A program made the translations under genes and the position numbers. DNA of 63,968 nucleotides, counting the filler, from Reclinomonas americana ATCC 50394 (Eukaryota): assembly GCA_048213135.1 (NCBI GenBank). It is 9 parts of 6 records of this genome, joined end to end, with 100 filler letters (N's around TTAATTAATTAA, not from the genome) between each part and the next. Parts side by side here need not be neighbours in the genome. Positions count along the whole stretch, not along the records: positions 46,426 to 54,615 come from PS015197.1; positions 54,716 to 58,569 come from PS015198.1; positions 58,670 to 61,318 come from PS015199.1; positions 61,419 to 62,785 come from PS015202.1; positions 62,886 to 63,968 come from PS015224.1; 4 more parts are not named here. One strand, given 5' to 3'. Position 1 is the stretch's first letter, and each line of letters opens with the position of its first letter. The notes beneath the pieces were generated by a model. It was not told where the DNA came from and did not search any database. It saw only the letters and a list, made by a program, of their open reading frames with translations. Below, in pieces: positions 52,179 through 63,968 of this stretch.

Positions 52179-54366
52179 AACAGCAGAGAGAGGGAGAAAG
52201 ACAGAGAGAGAAAGAGAGAGACGAGAGAGAGAAGAGGAGAGTAAGGAAGCACGAGACGAGAGAAAGCGAGGAGAGAAATATGAGAAGGGAGACACGGTAA
52301 ATAAAGAGAGGGAGATAGCAATGGATGATAATAGAAAAGAGGAGTCAATATGAGTGAAAGGAGACAAACCGCAATATAGAGGGGAGAGTAGGGGGGAGAG
52401 AAATGTCAGCCACTGCGTGGAGGAGAAAATAGGGGAGTAGACGAACGTACCCATCGGTGAGCAAGCGACGCGGACCGTCGCGTGCCTCCAGCGGCTCGCT
52501 CTGCAAATCACGCAGCGCCGACCGACACGGAGTGACGCCGGAGAATCGGTTGCCGAGGATCGTTGCTTGCACAATGTCCACGCGGGCGAACTGCGGAGGA
52601 GGGGGGACGGTGAGTGAGAGAGAGAGAGAGAGAATATTGACGGAGAAGGACGTGGCGTGCGACGGGAAACGATGCTAATAAACTACAACGGAGGCAATGA
52701 TGAAAGGAAAGGAGAAGAAGAGTAAGGCGAGAAGCATTCCGTCACGCTCCCTTCCCTCCACTCGAATGACAAGAGGAGAAAAGAGAGGAAAGGAAGGTGA
52801 ATTGTCTCTTCGCACTCCATTCCAGCTCACAATCCCTTCTCCTCCGGGAGGAATGAAGAGAGAGGTGTAGAGAGCGCTTGAATGGAGGACAAGTGAATAT
52901 GAAGACACAGTTGAGCTCACTGGAGCCAACAAGAGAAGAATGGATAGCAGATATCTGCCCTTCACCCTCCTCTCCCCTCACCTCCGCAGGACCAAGCAGC
53001 GGGAGAAATGAAGAGAGAGGTGTAGAGAGCGCATGAAAGGAGTAAGAAGTGAAAAAAGAAGATACGGCAGATCTCACAAGAGGCGAGAAGAGAAGAACAG
53101 ATTTCTGGAATAAACTATCATTCTCCCTTCACACCTCATTCCAGATATCAATCCCTTCCCCTCCACTCTCCCTGCCCCTTCACTCATTCACTCCTAATTT
53201 CCCTTTCCCTTCTCTCCCATTCCCTTTTCCCTTTCCATTCCCTCCACATCTCTAAACTCTCTTTCTCTCACTCTCCGTCCCCGTTCCCCTTCATTTTCTT
53301 TCTCTTCCCCTCAATTCCCCTTTCCCTCCTCCTTCCCCTTCATCCCCTTTCCCTTCCCCTTTCGCTCACCGGCACCAAGAACAACGGAAAGTTGACCTCC
53401 CCCGCATCATCCACAATCAAGCGATACCGCTGTACGTCAAACTCCAGCGACCGACTGCACAACGCCGGCAGCGACACGAAGTACACCTTGGCCGCATCAA
53501 AGAACGCCACCGACGATGACTGCGCGATAATCAGTGAGCCTCTTCCCACCGCAAAGCATACTCTTTCCTCATCAACGCGCAACTTGCTGATCGGCATTCT
53601 TCCGAATCTGATACATGAAATCACCGTACAGCTCGCGGAACTCCTCGACGTCGTCCTTGGGAATGTCGGGTCCCAACAGGCGCACCATCGGCACCGCGTC
53701 ACCCATCTCCTCCGTCACGTTGTTCTCGTAAAAAGTGCAGGCCAGTGCGTCCACGGCGGCGTCGTTCGGCGCACACACAATGATCTTGTCGTCGGGGTAG
53801 CGGCGACGGTAAAAGTCCAGCAGCGCCTCCACCACGCGCGTCTTGCCGGTGCCCGCCTCGCCCGACACAATGGAAATGTTGCGGTTCACGGCCAGCTGCA
53901 GGCCGCGCGATTGGTCCTCGTCGAGGCCGTGTGCGCGCTGCACGTCTATCAAACTGCGAGGTGGGGGGAGAAGGGGGGGCGAAGGGAAAGGGCGGAGGAG
54001 GCGAAGGGAAGGGGGAGGGGAAGGGAAAGGGGGAGGGGAAGGGAAAGGGGGAGGGAAGAGGGAGGACGGAGACAAATGAAGAAGAAATGAGGGAAGGATG
54101 GGAAGGAAACGGAAGCGAAAAATGAGAGAAAAGGGGAAGAAATGTAAGCAGCAAATCGAAAACATCAATTGCTGCCAGGGTAAAACACTCAACATTTGTT
54201 CGTGAATCGCACGCTCGCCGGGGGCGTGTTGAAGATCGATCACTTTGCCGTCGATGATGTTCATCATGACGTCCGAGGTGTCGGAGCGCATCAGGAAGCG
54301 GAGAGAGGCGTCCATCTCGAGCACGGTGCGCATGCTGTAGACGTCGTCCTTGACACCTTGGCGGGC
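50149..54366 (-). CDS. Superfamily-1 helicase of the Upf1/Dna2/Nam7 type with degenerate motifs; 5' end missing
   Basis: LDEDQ (Q motif), IVSGEAGTGKT (I), IIVCAPNDAAVDAL (Ia), LIVDDAGE (II), LSRQYRFSPPL, HVDDFQSSEAPVVIV (V), RVSVASTRASELFVVVGN (VI). Confidence 0.85.
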
Positions 54367-54411
54367 CTGTCGAGAGGTGTGAGAAGGGGGGTGAGACATG
54401 GTGGGAAAGGG

Positions 54412-54615
54412 GGAGGGTAAAGGGGAAGGGTAAAGGGGAAGGGTAAAGGGGAAGGGTAAAGGGGAAGGGTAAAGGGGAGTGCAAGGGGGAGTGCAAGGGG
54501 GAGTGCAAGGGGGAGTGCAAGGGGGAGTGCAAGGGGGAATGCAAGGGGGAATGCAAGGGGGAATGCAAGGGGGAAGATAAGGGGGAGTGATAAGGGGGAG
54601 TGATAAGGGGGAGTG
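54412..54615. repeat. G-rich 12-13 bp tandem repeats (gggtaaaggggaa; gcaaggggggagt; gataaggggggagt) in a helicase intron
   Basis: Directly visible tandem units up to the contig end. Confidence 0.85.
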
Positions 54616-54861
54616 NNNNNNNNNNNNNNNNNNNNNNNNNNNNNNNNNNNNNNNNNNNNTTAATTAATTAANNNNNNNNNNNNNNNNNNNNNNNNNNNNN
54701 NNNNNNNNNNNNNNNTCTTCCCCTGTTCCTTCCCCTGTTCCTTCCCCTGTTCCTTCCCCTGCTCCTTCCCCTGCTCCTTCCCCCTGTTCCTTCCCCCTGC
54801 TCCTTCCCCCCTTCTCTCTTTCTTCTCCTTTCCCTTCCCCCCTTTTCCTTCCTCGCTGCAG

Positions 54862-57800
54862 GGTGTTGCCAGTTGTCCTCATGGCGCTCCGCAATCTGTG
54901 TGACATGGACGATGTCGATGACGCCGATCACGTGAGGGAACATCTGCCGGCATACGTGGGCGAGCTGGTGCGCAACCTGGCCGAGCTGGGCGGCCGCAAT
55001 CTGCCGAGCAACCTGGTGCAGCCGTTTGGCGTTCTCCTCGCCATGCTGGTTCGCACCGCCCCGGCGTGCATGGCCACAGTTGAGTGCAGCTCTCTCTCTC
55101 TCTCTCTCACACTCTCTCTTTCTCTGGTTTAACTCACCGACGGTGGAGTAGGAGTACGACAATCTCTTGCCGTTACTGCGATCCATGCTTTCGCAGTCGG
55201 AAAGCGACGACGGGAAGCTGTCGGATTTGGCGGCGCAGGCTATCGAGTGCTATGCACATCTGAGTGCGTCACTCATGACCAGTCCATTGCCGTGTCTGTG
55301 CCTCATTGTCATTATTCCAATTTGCTGCGCAGTGACGGCGCGTGGTGTCGACGAATGCCGCGAGGACGCACAGCCATTCCTCGACCGTCTGCTGCAAGCA
55401 CGTGCGTTGTTTGGTTGTTGTCATCGCGATCCGCGCGCATATTCGACTCATTTTTTCTTCCCGAGCTGCAGGTCTGGTCATTTACGAAGAGTCGCCAAAA
55501 AATGCTCAGACGCGAGCGTGGGTACACTTGCTACAAGAGTCGCCGCAGGTGGTTTCGGCGCATGTCGGTGCACTGATGTCCTCCGTCAGCGAAATATTGC
55601 ACACCATGCCCGACCTAAAAATATCCACAGTCGATGCTGATGGTTTGTTGCGCGCGACTGGTGATCCTCCTTTTGTACCTGACTCGAACCGGGCTGTGAT
55701 CCAGAGGGAGAGGCTGAAGCTGGCGAAGGGGAGGGCCAAATTATCATGATTATGGAAGGCCGCAAGATGGTTGGTGTTTCTGTTGTGTTGTGTTTTGTTG
55801 TTGTTCTCACACACGTGCATGTAGTCATTTTCAATTGACGTGAATCAAGTCCACATCCTGAAACACGGTGCGTCGCAGCCTCCTCCTCCTCCTCCTTCGT
55901 CTTCTTCTTGTTCTCTCCCTTCCTCAATTTCTGTTGCCTCCCGACGCAGCCATCGGGTTTGTTCACGACGTGGCCAACTTCTCGCCGGCGGTTATCGCAC
56001 CGCTGGCGATGCTGTTGATGCCCGCGCTGCAGCCGCTGCTGGAGTACAGGTTCCTCCCAGAGGTTCGCACAGAGGCGTGCGACGCTGCCACTAAAGTGTG
56101 CCTGGCCGGCAAGTTGGCAGGTTGGTTGTTGTCATTGCTGCACATTTCCTGCTGTTCGCCTAATAGCTGGCGTGCCGTGCAGGCGTCGACATGACACACG
56201 ATCTGGCGGTGATGATTGCATTTCGACTGAACGCAGACATGTCGGGTACGAAGCTTCATGTTCATGATCATGATTGTGTGTGCGTGTACTCATTATTGGG
56301 CCTTCCGATTGCCACCCTCTTCACGCAGCGAGTGAGATTCAGACGAATCTGAGCAACCTCGGCTCGCTTGTGGAGTCGTGGCCGGAGGATGCACCTGGCT
56401 TCTACGACAAGGTCCGCCCACTGTATGACGTGGCGTACGCCGCCATTTGCGAGCGAGCCGTAGAAAAGCGTGCACCACTCATTGGTAGGTGGAACAAGTG
56501 CGGGGTGCAATATGCCAATCTCACCTGCGTTTGTAACCGCAGAAAGTGTGAGTGGTGGAGCGGACGGCGACGGCGAGGTCGACGACGTGAGTGGTGCGAC
56601 GGCACTGGAAGAAGACGAGCTGACACTGCAGTTGGTAAGCATGATTTCCTTTCGCGAGTGCATGCTTGTTCAGTTTGCTCACCCGTGGCGGCACGCAGTT
56701 TGCCGACTTTATGGAAGTCATTCTGCGCAAGTGCTCCGAGTTCCGCATTGCTTTCACCGCGAACATGTTCCCTGTGATATATCGACTCGCTGTTGCGTGG
56801 TCATCTTGCTGCGCCGTGTGTCTCTCTTTGCTGAAGAGAGTGGTTGGCACATGCAGAGTAATCCAGCGGACTCTGGAATGATTAATGTGGCCGCCATGAT
56901 TGTTGACGATGTGCTGGAGTTGGGTCGCGAGTCAGTCCCACGTGAGGTGGTTCTGGCTGCCATGCAGTTCTTTGTCGAGCACGTGACGTCAGAGTCCTCG
57001 CGCGTGCGCCAGTCGTGCTCGTGGGGTCTGGGTCTGATTCCCGCAACCAATGCCGCGGGTTGGAAGGAGGCCGCTCCAGGTGCAGTGCAATGCTCCTCGT
57101 GCGCATGTGAGTTGTCTTCTTCTGACCAACTGGCACAGCGGTTCTCGGAATGTTGGCCAGAATGGCACTGAAGCCGCAGGCCGCAGCCAGAGATGCACCA
57201 CGCCCCGTCGACGACGACGACGACGAGGACGGAGATGCCGCCATGGAGGACGAGGACGAGGAGGGTGAAGAGGAACTGGTCGGTGAAGCTGCGCGCGCAG
57301 CGGAGGGTGCGCGGATCAATGTGATATCGGCCATTTTCAAGGTTGGTTGGATAGAGGCGTTTGTCGTTCCACGTTTTCCCGCTCACTGCGAACTCGGCGC
57401 CGCAGATTGCATCGGCACTGGAGCCTGGACCGGTGCAAGACGATGCATTCCGTGTATTTGTCAACGGCTTGCCGGTGGATAAGGGCGACGACACTGAGAA
57501 ACCGATACTGTACGCCTCTTTGGCGAGTTTGCTGGAGCGGTGAGCGCAGCATGCATTCATCTTCTGCATAATTGTCGCCAACCACCCCTTTCTCCCGCCC
57601 CCGCACCAGTGATCACTGCAGCGTGGTGCAACTGGCTATGTTCCCGCGCATCATGACCCTCGTGGCCACCATCCTCCAAGACGACGACGTGGACGCGCCG
57701 ACCCGAGACCGCGTGCGTGCCGGTGTCAGTCTCCTCTTTGTGCGACACTTCCACGAGGACGGATACGCCGACGCCTTTGCCGAACTGGACGAGTCGGTGC

Positions 57801-57886
57801 GTGCAGTGCTGCCACCGCCGGCGGTGCTCTCCGGGTTCAACGAGAGAGCGGGTGGGCGTAAGGGGGGAAGGGGCGGGCGACGCTGA
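54862..57886 (+). CDS. Importin-5/karyopherin beta-3-like HEAT-repeat protein (C-terminal half)
   Basis: EYDNLLPLLRSML, AIECYAHL, RAWVHLL, PLLEYRFLPEVRTEA, AAMIVDDVLELG, VRQSCSWGLG, ARINVISAIFK, LPVDKGDDTE..ILYASLASLLE parallel importin-4/5 segments. About 12 short GT-AG introns. Confidence 0.75.
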
Positions 57887-58730
57887 CGAGGGAAAGGGGA
57901 AGGATGAGGTGGGGCGAAGGGAAATATGGTTTCGAATCTGGAGAAGGTAATACGTATACGTGCCAGTGAAGCATTTTTGAGTTGCGACTGAAGGGCCAGT
58001 GCGTGGCTTCCGCGGCGAGCGTAGGGGTCGTCAGTGGAATGGTCAAGGCCAGTGTGCTGGGTCATGAGTGCAAGCTTGCAGGGGTGCAGAGAGCAATTAC
58101 AAGGGTCAGTAGTCGTAGGTGGAGAGTGTTCGGGAGAAGGAGCAAGGTCAGTGAAAGGGCCGTAGTCAGCAGTTGCAGCTGATCGACGGGTGACGCGAGA
58201 GAAAGCAACACAGAGTTTATGAGTGCAAGAGTCAAGCATCGAAGATCGGGCAAAGAATCAGGTGAGCAGAGACCGTGTCAGCAGCTGCACATGCAGATGC
58301 AGCCGCTGCGATCAAGCGTCGCGATTTCGGTTGCGGTATGCGAGGGAGACAGACAGAGAGCAGCACATCCATGATCAAGTGTCGAAGGTGGAGAGTGCTT
58401 TGGGGAAAGATGAAGGCATGCAGAGAAGCTGTCGACGTACAGCAGTCGACGTCGAGAAGCAAATGGCAAGGGTCAGTTGCCGCGCACTTCATTTCGCGCG
58501 CCTCTCTCTCTCCCACACCACCACCAACTCCCTCCCCATATCACACACCACGGCAGTTGACGTCGCAAANNNNNNNNNNNNNNNNNNNNNNNNNNNNNNN
58601 NNNNNNNNNNNNNTTAATTAATTAANNNNNNNNNNNNNNNNNNNNNNNNNNNNNNNNNNNNNNNNNNNNTCGTCCCGTACCGTACGACGACGTAGGTTGT
58701 TTTCGTTTCTTACTACTCTACTACTACTAC

Positions 58731-58817
<87 letters not shown>

Positions 58818-59142
58818 ATTCACTCCCTCCCTCCCTCCCTCCCTCCCTCCCTCCCTCCCTCCCTCCCTTCACCCACTCACTCACTCGCTCACCGACTGGC
58901 TGACTCACTGCTGACTCACTGACTGACCTTCCCCCTTCGCAGACTCACGCACGCACATATTCTCAAACTTCAATCGAGAAGAAAAAGAGGAAGCAGAAAG
59001 GAATGACAGGGAGAGGAGCTACCTTCTCACATGCAGACCTTCCTTTCTCTCCCTCCGGGCTTCCCCTTTCTCCTTTCCCTTTTTCTCCCTCTTTCTCTCC
59101 TCCTCCCTTCCCCTTTTCCCCTGCTCCCTCTCCCTTCACGCA

Positions 59143-61318
59143 CCTGCTGTGGCGACTGTCGCTGATCAGTGTGCGGAGCAGCACCAGGTGGGGCTCGTCC
59201 ACGCGCAAATGCCTGCATTCGTCAACATCATTAGCAGCAGGATGAAATACCCTTTGACACTTCTGCTTCTCTCACCTCTTGCCTGGTCTTCCAGATCATG
59301 TCCTCCAAATCCTCCATGTGCTCCACCAGCTGATCGTATTCGGTGCGTGGGTGCGTCCGCAAGCGTCGTCGTCGCCGAGACTGCGTGCAGGTGAGTTGCA
59401 AGAATTGCGATGTGATGAATCAAGAGAAACGCACTTCATCCAGCGCGGCACGCTGCTCTTCGTACTCCTCGTCGGTGCGCGGCGCACGCATCTCCAAGAT
59501 CGGAAACTGGTGCCGTGGCCAGTATCGCCCATCGTACTGCAAGTCAGAGAGAGAGAGAGAGAGAGGAAGCGAGAGCGAAGATGGATGAGAAAGAGAAAGA
59601 GAGAGAAAAAAGCGAGAACATTTGGCTATTTCTTATATGTGTTCTTTCTTATTCTTCTTTTCATGACAACTGTTCACTATTTTCCCCAACATCTCATCAG
59701 TGAACTTGCGTGTCTCTTCCAGATCCACAGATTGTCTCGCTCGGACCTCATCTTCTTCTTCATCATCTTCATCTTCATCAACATCTTCTTCTTCTACTTC
59801 TTTTTCTTCTTCTTCTTGTTCTTCTTCTTCTTGTTGTTCTTGTTCTTCTTCTTCTTCTCATCCTCCTCCTCCTTCTTCTTCCTCTTCTCTTCAACTTCCC
59901 ATGGTTATTCTCCTTCTTCCTGCATTTCTTCTTCCCCTCCTCCTCCCCCTCCTTCCCCTCCATCTCCATCACAAAACCTGGTGAAGCAAATTGGCCACAT
60001 TATCCAACCTCGCCGACACGTCCTCCTCACCGGCGGCCGCGCGAATCTCTCGCAACTCGTGCCGCAGCAACTCGGCCAGCATTTTCGGAGTCTGCGCGGC
60101 ACCACATCATGTGAGCCATTTCCCTCCGCAGGCCTCACAGGGACTCCATTTCTCACCTTTTCCAACTGCTCCAACGCGCTCCTTTGCGTCTTCAGCTGCG
60201 ACTCGTGCGCATTCAGCACACTCTCCAAGTGTCGCAACTTGGCCTCCAATCCCAGGTCGCTGGCCATACTGCCGCGACCGTCATCCAAACGCGCAGCAAT
60301 AGCCTCGTGCCTGCAAAACAAAACAGAGTCGGCATCCATTCACCACCCATTTCACCAACAATGCACAGCGACGCACAAGCGCTCCTCCAAATCCAACTCC
60401 GAGCCACTCGGTGCTGAATACCGCAAGGACGACTGCAATCCGCAATCACATGAGCTACTTTTGCAAACAAACCCGCCTTCCCTCAATGCATACGCACCGC
60501 CTCCGAGTGTGAATCCACATGTGAGGCGCCGGCACTGCCCGATGTCACCGAGCTCACCCGCTCACGCAGTGACGCGCCACTGCGCATGCGACTGCCTCCA
60601 CTGCGACGACTGCGACTCAACGGGGCAGGAGCAACGGCCGCGGCGGCATCGCTGCTGCTGTCCTCGTAGGCGCTGGAGGGTGGTGAGCGAACTCGGCGAT
60701 CCTTGCGACGCGAGAGCGGCGGCGACGACTGTCCCTCGCTGACGCTGTCGCCACTGCTGTACGCGCTCTCCTCCACCACCTCGCCAGTGGACCTCGACGT
60801 GCTGTGACGAATGCTGCCGGCGTCACTCAGCGAGGCGCGGCGCGACGGCGGCTGACTGTCCGAGTAGTGCGACAGCGATGGGCTCGACTCGCGACTGTAC
60901 GAGCGTCGATCGTCGGATTCGTCACCCGACCGCCGCGTGTACGAACTGCCGCTGGCGGCACCACTCTCCGCGCCACGACTCTGTACGCGCGAGTCACTGC
61001 CTTCGGTGTACGAGGCCGATGGCGCCGTTCGTGAGCCCGACGACGAGTATCCCGAGCGGGAGCCGCCGCGTGAATCGCGTTGCCCCTGTTGCGTCTCCCG
61101 ATCGTAGGCGCTGTATGACCCAGAGCCGGTCTCCTCGCCCGAGACATATCGCCGCCGCCGCTCCTCCTCCTCCTCCTCCTCCTCCTCTTCGGTCGTGATG
61201 CCGACGGATTCGCGCTCGCCGCGCGTGGACCGACTCACTTGCGAGCCGCTGGCTGCCGAGCGCGCCGACCGATCGCTGCGCACGGTGGCACCACTAAGCC
61301 CCCGTGTCAGTTCGCCCT
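59143..61318 (-). CDS. Hypothetical protein with Ser/Arg-rich region followed by coiled coils; ends uncertain
   Basis: Long exon 61318-~60490 (ORF 60483..61283), then exons such as HEAIAARLDD...LEAKLRHLESVLNAHESQLKTQRSALEQLEK with GT-AG boundaries. Confidence 0.5.
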
Positions 61319-61418
61319 NNNNNNNNNNNNNNNNNNNNNNNNNNNNNNNNNNNNNNNNNNNNTTAATTAATTAANNNNNNNNNNNNNNNNNNNNNNNNNN
61401 NNNNNNNNNNNNNNNNNN

Positions 61419-61781
61419 CTAATGTCCTTCTTCAGAGTGCCACTGTGCACGCAGGGAAAAAGAACGTGAATATAACAGCAAGCATGCAGGAATGCATTCC
61501 TGATTACTCAACGACACAGTGACCGTCACGTTCTGGTGCTGGCGCGGCGGGTCGGGGTTGATGTCGAGGGTGGAGATCTCGAAATCGTATGTGCTTGGGT
61601 CGGGCGAGGTGCACACGGTGAAGTCGTTGGAGCCAACGACCAGGTTGGCCATCATAAACATCGCCATCATGGCGCCTGCGGGGTGACGAAAATCAGTGTG
61701 AGTGCAGGATCAGTGCGCGTGCGACACACACACACACACTGGCCATGACTCACCGAGGATAATGAACAGCGAGCGAGTCAT
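61419..61781 (-). CDS. ML (MD-2-related lipid recognition; NPC2/PG-PI transfer protein) domain protein with signal peptide; 3' end cut by linker
   Basis: MTRSLFIIL|GAMMAMFMMANLVVGS (hydrophobic leader), FTVC...FEISTLDINPDPPRQHQNVTVTVS|GTLKKDI. Confidence 0.8.
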
Positions 61782-62289
61782 TTGTGTGAGCTGTGAGTGG
61801 GAGAGGGCTGGGGGTCAGCGCCATGTGCGGCAATCACACGCTCCATTTTTCCGCCCACACACACACGCAGAGAGAAGAGACAGAGACACGTGCCCATGCA
61901 TTGAGGAGGCGTGTAACAGTGTGACACACGGGAGAGGATCTGGAGCAGTGCAAAAGAGAACAGAGGGGAGCAAGCGGGAGAGGGGAGAGCCCTGAGGAGA
62001 GGCGGAGAAATGTCGCGCAACGCCGAACACACAAACGCACACACACGCATGCACACGAGCAGCGCGAAACTCGCCCTTACTTCGACCTGTATGTGCGCCG
62101 CACACGCACACACACACAAGAGACACAGCACGCAAGAATGAACACGCACCGGAAAACTAGACAAATCAGACGAGAGTTGCCAATAACACCCCGCACACGC
62201 ACAGACAAACACACATGCAGACGGAGACACACACACACGCGAAAACATGCAAAAACGCGAGGCAGAGAGTCAACTCACCGTGCGGCCGG

Positions 62290-62768
62290 AAAAAACTGCG
62301 ATACTCCACCGTCCGAGTGGGTGAACGGAGCTTTGTGGCAACTCGCGAGAAAAGGCAAATGGAGGCGGGCGCAGGCGGTGATGCGCCGGAGAAGAAGCAG
62401 AAAACAGTGCGCAGCTGGTACCGCCGAGGCGCATCCAAGTAAGTCCCATTCACTGTGAGCAACACGCGCGCAAAGAGCGAGAGAGAGGTGTTGTTCATGG
62501 TGTTTTAATTGTAACGGCAGATCGATGGATATCGATGGCAACGCGGTGGAGAGCGACGCGGTACGCTGTGTGTTCTTGCCTGTGTTTTTAATCATCCTCC
62601 TTCTCCTCCTTGTCTCTCACTCTTCTTCTTGCCATCGCGCAGTCGAAAGTGATTACGCTTCTCCGCCTGCAACTGCGATCGCAGCAGACGCAGATTGAGA
62701 AGCTCGACGAGCAGCTGAGCACAGAGCGACGCAACTATCTCAACTCGCGCATGCCTGTGGCCACACTT
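62290..62768 (+). CDS. Fragment of hypothetical coiled-coil protein
   Basis: Exon ending near a gtaagt donor (~62439), and exon SKVITLLRLQLRSQQTQIEKLDEQLSTERRNYLNSR ending at gtgcgt. Start not defined. Confidence 0.35.
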
Positions 62769-62975
62769 GGTGCGTTGTCACTTACNNNNNNNNNNNNNNN
62801 NNNNNNNNNNNNNNNNNNNNNNNNNNNNNTTAATTAATTAANNNNNNNNNNNNNNNNNNNNNNNNNNNNNNNNNNNNNNNNNNNNAGAAAGACGATGAAG
62901 AAGAAGCAGAAGAGGGGTTTCTCTCTCTCTCGCTCTTTTGTTGATTATGTGTGGCTGACGATGGTTCTGCTGCAG

Positions 62976-63093
62976 GTACCTGGCTGCCAAGGATGCTGAG
63001 ATGACCAAGCCGCGACTGGAGACACTGCGGATTGTGTACAAGGCGCTGACTGGCAAGGATGCCATCTTTGAATTCCCCACCTTCTTCGCCTAA
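62976..63093 (+). CDS. RPS7: 40S ribosomal protein S7 (eS7), last exon only
   Basis: After branch-like gctgac and ctgcag: YLAAKDAEMTKPRLETLRIVYKALTGKDAIFEFPTFFA*, matching the eS7 C-terminus (VYKKLTGKDVxFEFP). Not in the ORF track. Confidence 0.9.
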
Positions 63094-63818
63094 ATTGCTG
63101 TCGCTGGCGTGAGCCGCTGCTGACGAGGCTTGTGGAGATTTTTGCGGGGGGAAAAGTGTCGAGTAGGGCGCACGCACTTGTCTGTGCCGTGATTTGCTTT
63201 TCTTGCACGCTCCGTGTGGGTCTGCGTGAGTCTTGTTGGTTCGGTTTGCTGTCTGTGTTTCTCCGCACCAAAAGTGTACCCATGTATGCGTCAAAAATCC
63301 ACCGTGCTTCCTGCGTTTTATTCCCCTGCGAGCAGCTCGAAAGAGGGGAGCGAGAGAGAGAATGAGAAACGGACGGCTCAGGCTTCGTAGGCGGTTAGTT
63401 TCTTGCCCATCGTAATATGTATCCGTGATGAGTCACACCCGCAACGGTCTTGTGCACGACGACTTTTTTGTGAGAAGGCAGAGCAAAGGTATGTTTACGA
63501 CTTGTCGTGACATCGCTTGTCTCCTCTCTCCTCTGTAGTGCCGCCTGCACTACACCCAGCTCCTCTGCCTTTCTCTCCCTCATTGTGTGCGTACGCGTGG
63601 GTGTGCCTCTGTTTTTCTTTGCGTGTTTGACCGAACCCCTTGGCGCGTGCAATTGAGCTACAACGATCAAGCGCACTCACGTTTCGTGTCTGTTTTTCAC
63701 CTGTGTGTGGTGTGTGTGTCTCCACAGCGCGTGTGGTCCACTAGTGTACACCTGCATCTCGCCACTGCCGCCGACCGCTTGAGTGTGCGTGCCTGTACAT
63801 TGTTGTTGACGACGGAAG

Positions 63819-63930
63819 ATGTCGGCCATGGCTGCGCACGTTGCTGCCGACGCCTCCAAGGAGAACACGGGAGCACCCAAGCAGGGGTGGAGCAAGGAGA
63901 GCTTGGAGGAGCTGCGCCGCAAGTATGAAC
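63819..63930 (+). CDS. Possible first/internal exon of a gene running off the window
   Basis: MSAMAAHVAADASKENTGAPKQGWSKESLEELRRKYEL followed by a gttgcgt donor-like site. Confidence 0.3.
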
Positions 63931-63968
63931 TGTTGCGTGAGCACTACCACCCATTGTCGGATTCATCA

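Noticed and set aside
53520-53702. Apparent frameshift in the helicase between ORFs 53572..54399 and 53340..53702
   Set aside because: Resolved by a short intron from the GTTGCG donor at 53583 to cgcgcag, giving DQQ|SSSVAFF in frame.
58223-58569. Short ORFs on both strands downstream of the importin gene
   Set aside because: No recognisable motif or clear splice structure; cannot choose a strand.

Overview
Intron-rich, microsatellite-rich genomic DNA from a eukaryote, probably a protist; I cannot name the taxon. It is a draft assembly with many N gaps and eight artificial 100-nt N..TTAATTAATTAA..N contig linkers. Most long ORFs in the supplied track are low-complexity intron artefacts, so I rebuilt genes by hand from GT-AG exons, and all gene models are unverified. 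Recognisable genes: an RPC31/RPC7-like Pol III subunit, a kinesin-light-chain-type TPR protein, a Crinkler/RHS-type NTPase + restriction-endonuclease-fold protein, SSRP1/POB3, an ankyrin protein, an SDR (3-hydroxybutyrate dehydrogenase-like), SERRATE/ARS2, an ARF GTPase, an LRAT-domain protein, a degenerate Upf1/Dna2-type SF1 helicase, an importin-5-like karyopherin, an ML-domain protein and the last exon of RPS7. Four observations stand out. (1) About 18 introns in 9 unrelated genes appear to use a 5' splice site GTTG(A/C)G(T), i.e. the usual GTGAGT/GTGCGT with one extra T. (2) A ~6 kb gene is built from five tandem copies of a multi-exon module I do not recognise. (3) Long introns have purine-rich 5' ends and complementary pyrimidine-rich 3' ends. 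(4) The Crinkler-type gene has altered catalytic motifs and lies tail-to-tail with the TPR gene.
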